From NCBI GenBank assembly GCA_045863235.1, contig BTUM01000028.1, positions 1-64,000 on the forward strand: a stretch of DNA of 64,000 nt. The letters run 5' to 3'. Of this stretch, positions 61,184 through 64,000 are shown piece after piece; the stretch's first letter is position 1; each line of letters begins with the position of its first letter. The notes under the pieces were generated by a model, which had not been told where the DNA came from, did not search any database, and worked only from the letters and a program-made list of their open reading frames with translations. Source of the DNA: Candidatus Xenobia bacterium (GTDB lineage Bacteria > Vulcanimicrobiota > Xenobia > Xenobiales > QWHO01). Made by a program: the position numbers and the translations under genes.

Positions 61184-64000
61184 GTGGACATTCAGCGCCT
61201 ACCGATCTCCTCTGCCTCGAGTCGCCCCGAGCATCTGGGGGCGGCCCGCGAGCTGGTGGCCCGCGGGCACACCCTGGAGCGCTTCGAGAAGTCGTTCTGG
61301 CGAGGCGAGCGCTGGACCTCGGCCACCCCCCAGCAGGCCGCCGAGGCGCTGGCCGACCGGTCTCCCGTGCGCCTCAAGACCGACCAGGGCAAGACTCTGA
61401 CCATCGCCAGCGGAGAGGACCTGCTCGAAGCCCACGCCCTGTGCGCCAACGGGCCGCTCCAGAGCCTGCCCTCTCCCGCCCTGGCAGCCGGACTCCAGGC
61501 TTTGGAGCGGTCCGGCCGCCTGCTGCGCGAGCAAGAGCCGGTCACCGCCTACGAGGCCTACAACCAGTTGACCGGCGATCCCAACCATCCCGGGAACGGT
61601 CTTTTGACGTTCGAGCAGGGCGGAGTCAGGGTTTCCCTGGCCAGTTCCGAGGTGGTGGCCACCACGGCCTACCTGGCGGCAGACTTCGGCGATGGCAAGG
61701 GGGTGCCACCCGAGGCCGCCCAGCTGGTGGCCTGGAAGAAGGGGGGTTACCAGCTCCCCTCGCTGCTCACCGCTTTTCATCAGGACGCTCCCCTGGAGCT
61801 GAGCTACCGCGGCTTGTCTCTGGCCCGGCTGGCCCGTCAGGACTGGGCCCGCCCCGAGACCAGCGCCACCCTCACGCAACTGCGAGAGCAGGTGGACGCC
61901 ACCACTCGCGAGCTGGGCCGGCCGCCTTCCCCCCCGCAGTGGCAGTTGCTGCAGCTCGAGCCGACCAGGCCCTTTCAGGAGAGGCTCGAGCTCTTCAAAG
62001 AGCTGCCCGACCCGGACCACTATCGCCTGGCACTCTCTCGCGCCGAAGCCGATCAGCCTTTGCTCGAGACTGCCCGCCCGGTGCAGCAGGCCCTGGCGGC
62101 GCTGGGGGCTCAGGCTCCCCTCGAGAGCCTGGAGCAGGCCTTCACCCATCTGGCCGGCTTGCAGGAAGAGGAGCGACCCGCCTATCTCAGTCTGCTGAAG
62201 GCCGGTGCCGCTCCCCCTCTGGCCTTGCACGCCCTGGCCTCGCGCGTGGGCCCGGAGATCGCCGAGCGCTGGCTGCGCGCCCTGCCCGAGCGAGAGTCGG
62301 CGGGGCTGCTGGCAGCCGCCAGCGAGATTCCCGCGGCGGTCGAGGCCGGGCCCTGGCTGGAAGGACAGCTCAACCGGCTTACCCGGGCCGGACTGCAGCC
62401 GGCCGAGGGGGCCCAGCTCTTGATGGTGCTGCTGGGCCGTCGCCAGTATGATCAAGCCGAGGCTCTGCAGGAGAGAGCGGCCGAGCTGCCTCACGCCGAG
62501 CTGCTGGCCGCCGCTACCGCCGCAGGCCGGCTGTCCAGCGACGGGCCTTTGCTGAGGCTGGCCGCCGGCCAGGAGCAACCGGTGCCGGCCTACCGGACCC
62601 TGGCCGCCCAGATCCTCCCCGAGAACCAGGAGGCATTTCTGCAGTTGCACGAGCAGTGCGGACCGCTGGAGAAGTCGCTGGCGGCCTGGGAGGCCGTCAG
62701 CTCCGATCCGGCTCGTCTGTGCGAGCGCCAGCAAGCCTGGTCGCAGCTCAACCAGGCCGTCAAGTCCGAACAGGCTACCCATATCTTGAGCCAGCTGGGG
62801 CCCCAGGCGGACCCGGTGGCCTCGGTGCGCGACCTGCTGGCCCTGCTGCCGGCCGTGGGAGGGGATCTGGAGCAGGCCCGGGCGGCCTGGGACAAGCTGC
62901 AGGGAAACTCGTTCGCGGCTCAGCTCTTCGGCGTGACTCCCGAGGCCGAGCAAGCCTTGCTGGCGGCTCGCTACGTGGAGCGACGCGACCTGCCCTGCGC
63001 TCAACAGCCTCTGGAGGACCGCCAGCAGGCGTTGCTGGCCCTGGCTCGGGCCCACCGCGGGGATCTCCGCTCGGCCACGCAGGACTACCTGTTCATCGCC
63101 TCCGGCCTGGAGGATCCCGAGGCGCTGCCTCAGGCGGCCCACCTCATGCAGGACCTGATCGCGGCGACCGGCTCGAGCCGAGAGGCCCGGCTGGCTTATG
63201 AGCAGCTCTCCCGGCTCGATCCCGAGCAGGGTCCGGCATTGTACCCGGCTCTGCGGACGGCGCTGGCGTCGGCCGGCAGCGTGACCGAAGCCTGGCCCCT
63301 GTGGGAGGGCATCCGCAAGCTGACTCCCGAGGAAGCCCGCCAGCGCACCGCACCCCTCGACGACCCCGCTTTCAGCGCGCTTCCGGCCCGGGCTCGGGCC
63401 ACTCTGGCGGCCGGACAGCTCAGCGCGCCGCTCGGGCCCCAGGGAATCAAAGCCCTCAAAGAGATGGTTGGCAAGCTCTCGGGCCTGAGCTGGCAGGCCA
63501 CCGGCTCGTGGGTCCGCCAGGACGGCTCCTACGTCCTCAGCCGGGCCAGCGCCGGAGGGGACGTGCTGGTTTCCGGTCCTATCGACCTGCCCGCCGACGG
63601 TCAGTTCGAAGCCAGGCTCTTCGCCAGTTGGGCTCTGCCCGAAGGAGCTCGCGTCAACTGGGATGTCAGCGCCGACGATGGCGTGACCTGGAAACCGGTG
63701 GTCTATGCCGAGAAGTCCAACGCCATCAAGGGAGAGCAAGGGTATTCCTTGAACGCCTATGCCGGCAAGAGAGTGCGCTTTCAGATCGCGCTCGCGAACG
63801 CGCAACCGGGCGCTGAAGCTCAATTCAAGCTCGATGGCTTGCGCCTGGATGAGACCAAGGTCCTCTCCCACGAGACCATCGGCACCAGTCAGCTCACCCA
63901 GACCGGCTCGCCAGCCGTCAAGGGGGAGGCGACCTGGACCTCGCCTCTGCTGACCATTCCAAAGGGCGCTGATTCCACGCTTCAGGTGCAGCAGATGACC
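61184..64000 (+). CDS. Large hypothetical protein, 3' end beyond the window; helical repeats then beta-sandwich domain(s)
   Basis: GTG 61184, MDIQRLPISSASSRPEH...; read as open to the window end (939 codons) and absent from the ORF track, consistent with having no stop; late segment LVSGPIDL...WDVSADDGVTWK...YSLNAYAGKRVRFQ. Confidence 0.8.
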   Translation, partial: MDIQRLPISSASSRPEHLGAARELVARGHTLERFEKSFWRGERWTSATPQQAAEALADRSPVRLKTDQGKTLTIASGEDLLEAHALCANGPLQSLPSPALAAGLQALERSGRLLREQEPVTAYEAYNQLTGDPNHPGNGLLTFEQGGVRVSLASSEVVATTAYLAADFGDGKGVPPEAAQLVAWKKGGYQLPSLLTAFHQDAPLELSYRGLSLARLARQDWARPETSATLTQLREQVDATTRELGRPPSPPQWQLLQLEPTRPFQERLELFKELPDPDHYRLALSRAEADQPLLETARPVQQALAALGAQAPLESLEQAFTHLAGLQEEERPAYLSLLKAGAAPPLALHALASRVGPEIAERWLRALPERESAGLLAAASEIPAAVEAGPWLEGQLNRLTRAGLQPAEGAQLLMVLLGRRQYDQAEALQERAAELPHAELLAAATAAGRLSSDGPLLRLAAGQEQPVPAYRTLAAQILPENQEAFLQLHEQCGPLEKSLAAWEAVSSDPARLCERQQAWSQLNQAVKSEQATHILSQLGPQADPVASVRDLLALLPAVGGDLEQARAAWDKLQGNSFAAQLFGVTPEAEQALLAARYVERRDLPCAQQPLEDRQQALLALARAHRGDLRSATQDYLFIASGLEDPEALPQAAHLMQDLIAATGSSREARLAYEQLSRLDPEQGPALYPALRTALASAGSVTEAWPLWEGIRKLTPEEARQRTAPLDDPAFSALPARARATLAAGQLSAPLGPQGIKALKEMVGKLSGLSWQATGSWVRQDGSYVLSRASAGGDVLVSGPIDLPADGQFEARLFASWALPEGARVNWDVSADDGVTWKPVVYAEKSNAIKGEQGYSLNAYAGKRVRFQIALANAQPGAEAQFKLDGLRLDETKVLSHETIGTSQLTQTGSPAVKGEATWTSPLLTIPKGADSTLQVQQMT

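Noticed and set aside
61199..63871. 890-aa minus-strand ORF
   Set aside because: Antisense shadow of the plus-strand gene starting at 61184, which has the normal codon pattern
1..64000. CRISPR array, rRNA, intact IS or prophage
   Set aside because: No regularly spaced repeats, rRNA-like segments, transposase, or phage structural genes were seen

Overview
GC-rich bacterial chromosomal segment, densely coding, with about 63 protein genes or gene remnants. I found no rRNA, tRNA or CRISPR array. The dispersed pilin/PilX-like genes and many orphan proteins with low-complexity N-terminal leaders suggest Candidatus Eremiobacterota/Vulcanimicrobiota, but that is inference only. Recognisable content: HicAB and MNT-HEPN toxin-antitoxin pairs, a decayed tyrosine integrase, flavin amine oxidase, PGM1-like ATP-grasp/WD40 fusion, PEP-utilising dikinase-like enzyme, PilZ, cupin, pentein (deiminase-like) enzyme, DAACS/MFS/queuosine-precursor transporters, MoxR-VWA pair, two atypical Hsp70 modules, orphan dnaE2, AAA-DUF4143, Uma2, a Ser/Thr kinase coupled to pseudopilins, NDH-2 and 3-hydroxybutyrate dehydrogenase. 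The best candidate for an undescribed system is a tightly coupled four-gene operon at 14156-17144. It encodes a 66-aa protein ending in ...PPAVFG (ubiquitin/ThiS-like candidate), a TROVE/Ro-like vWA protein, an unknown protein with a C-terminal GICL cysteine motif, and a ThiF/E1-like adenylyltransferase, with no cofactor-biosynthesis genes nearby. Other notable signals are a ~190-nt rod-like 6S-RNA-like element (12553-12750), an in-frame TGA interrupting an otherwise intact ORF (8412), an Hsp70 with an internal subdomain duplication, and a secreted Cys-His-Asp protein with a coupled partner gene. All protein calls come from motifs read by eye; no searches were run.
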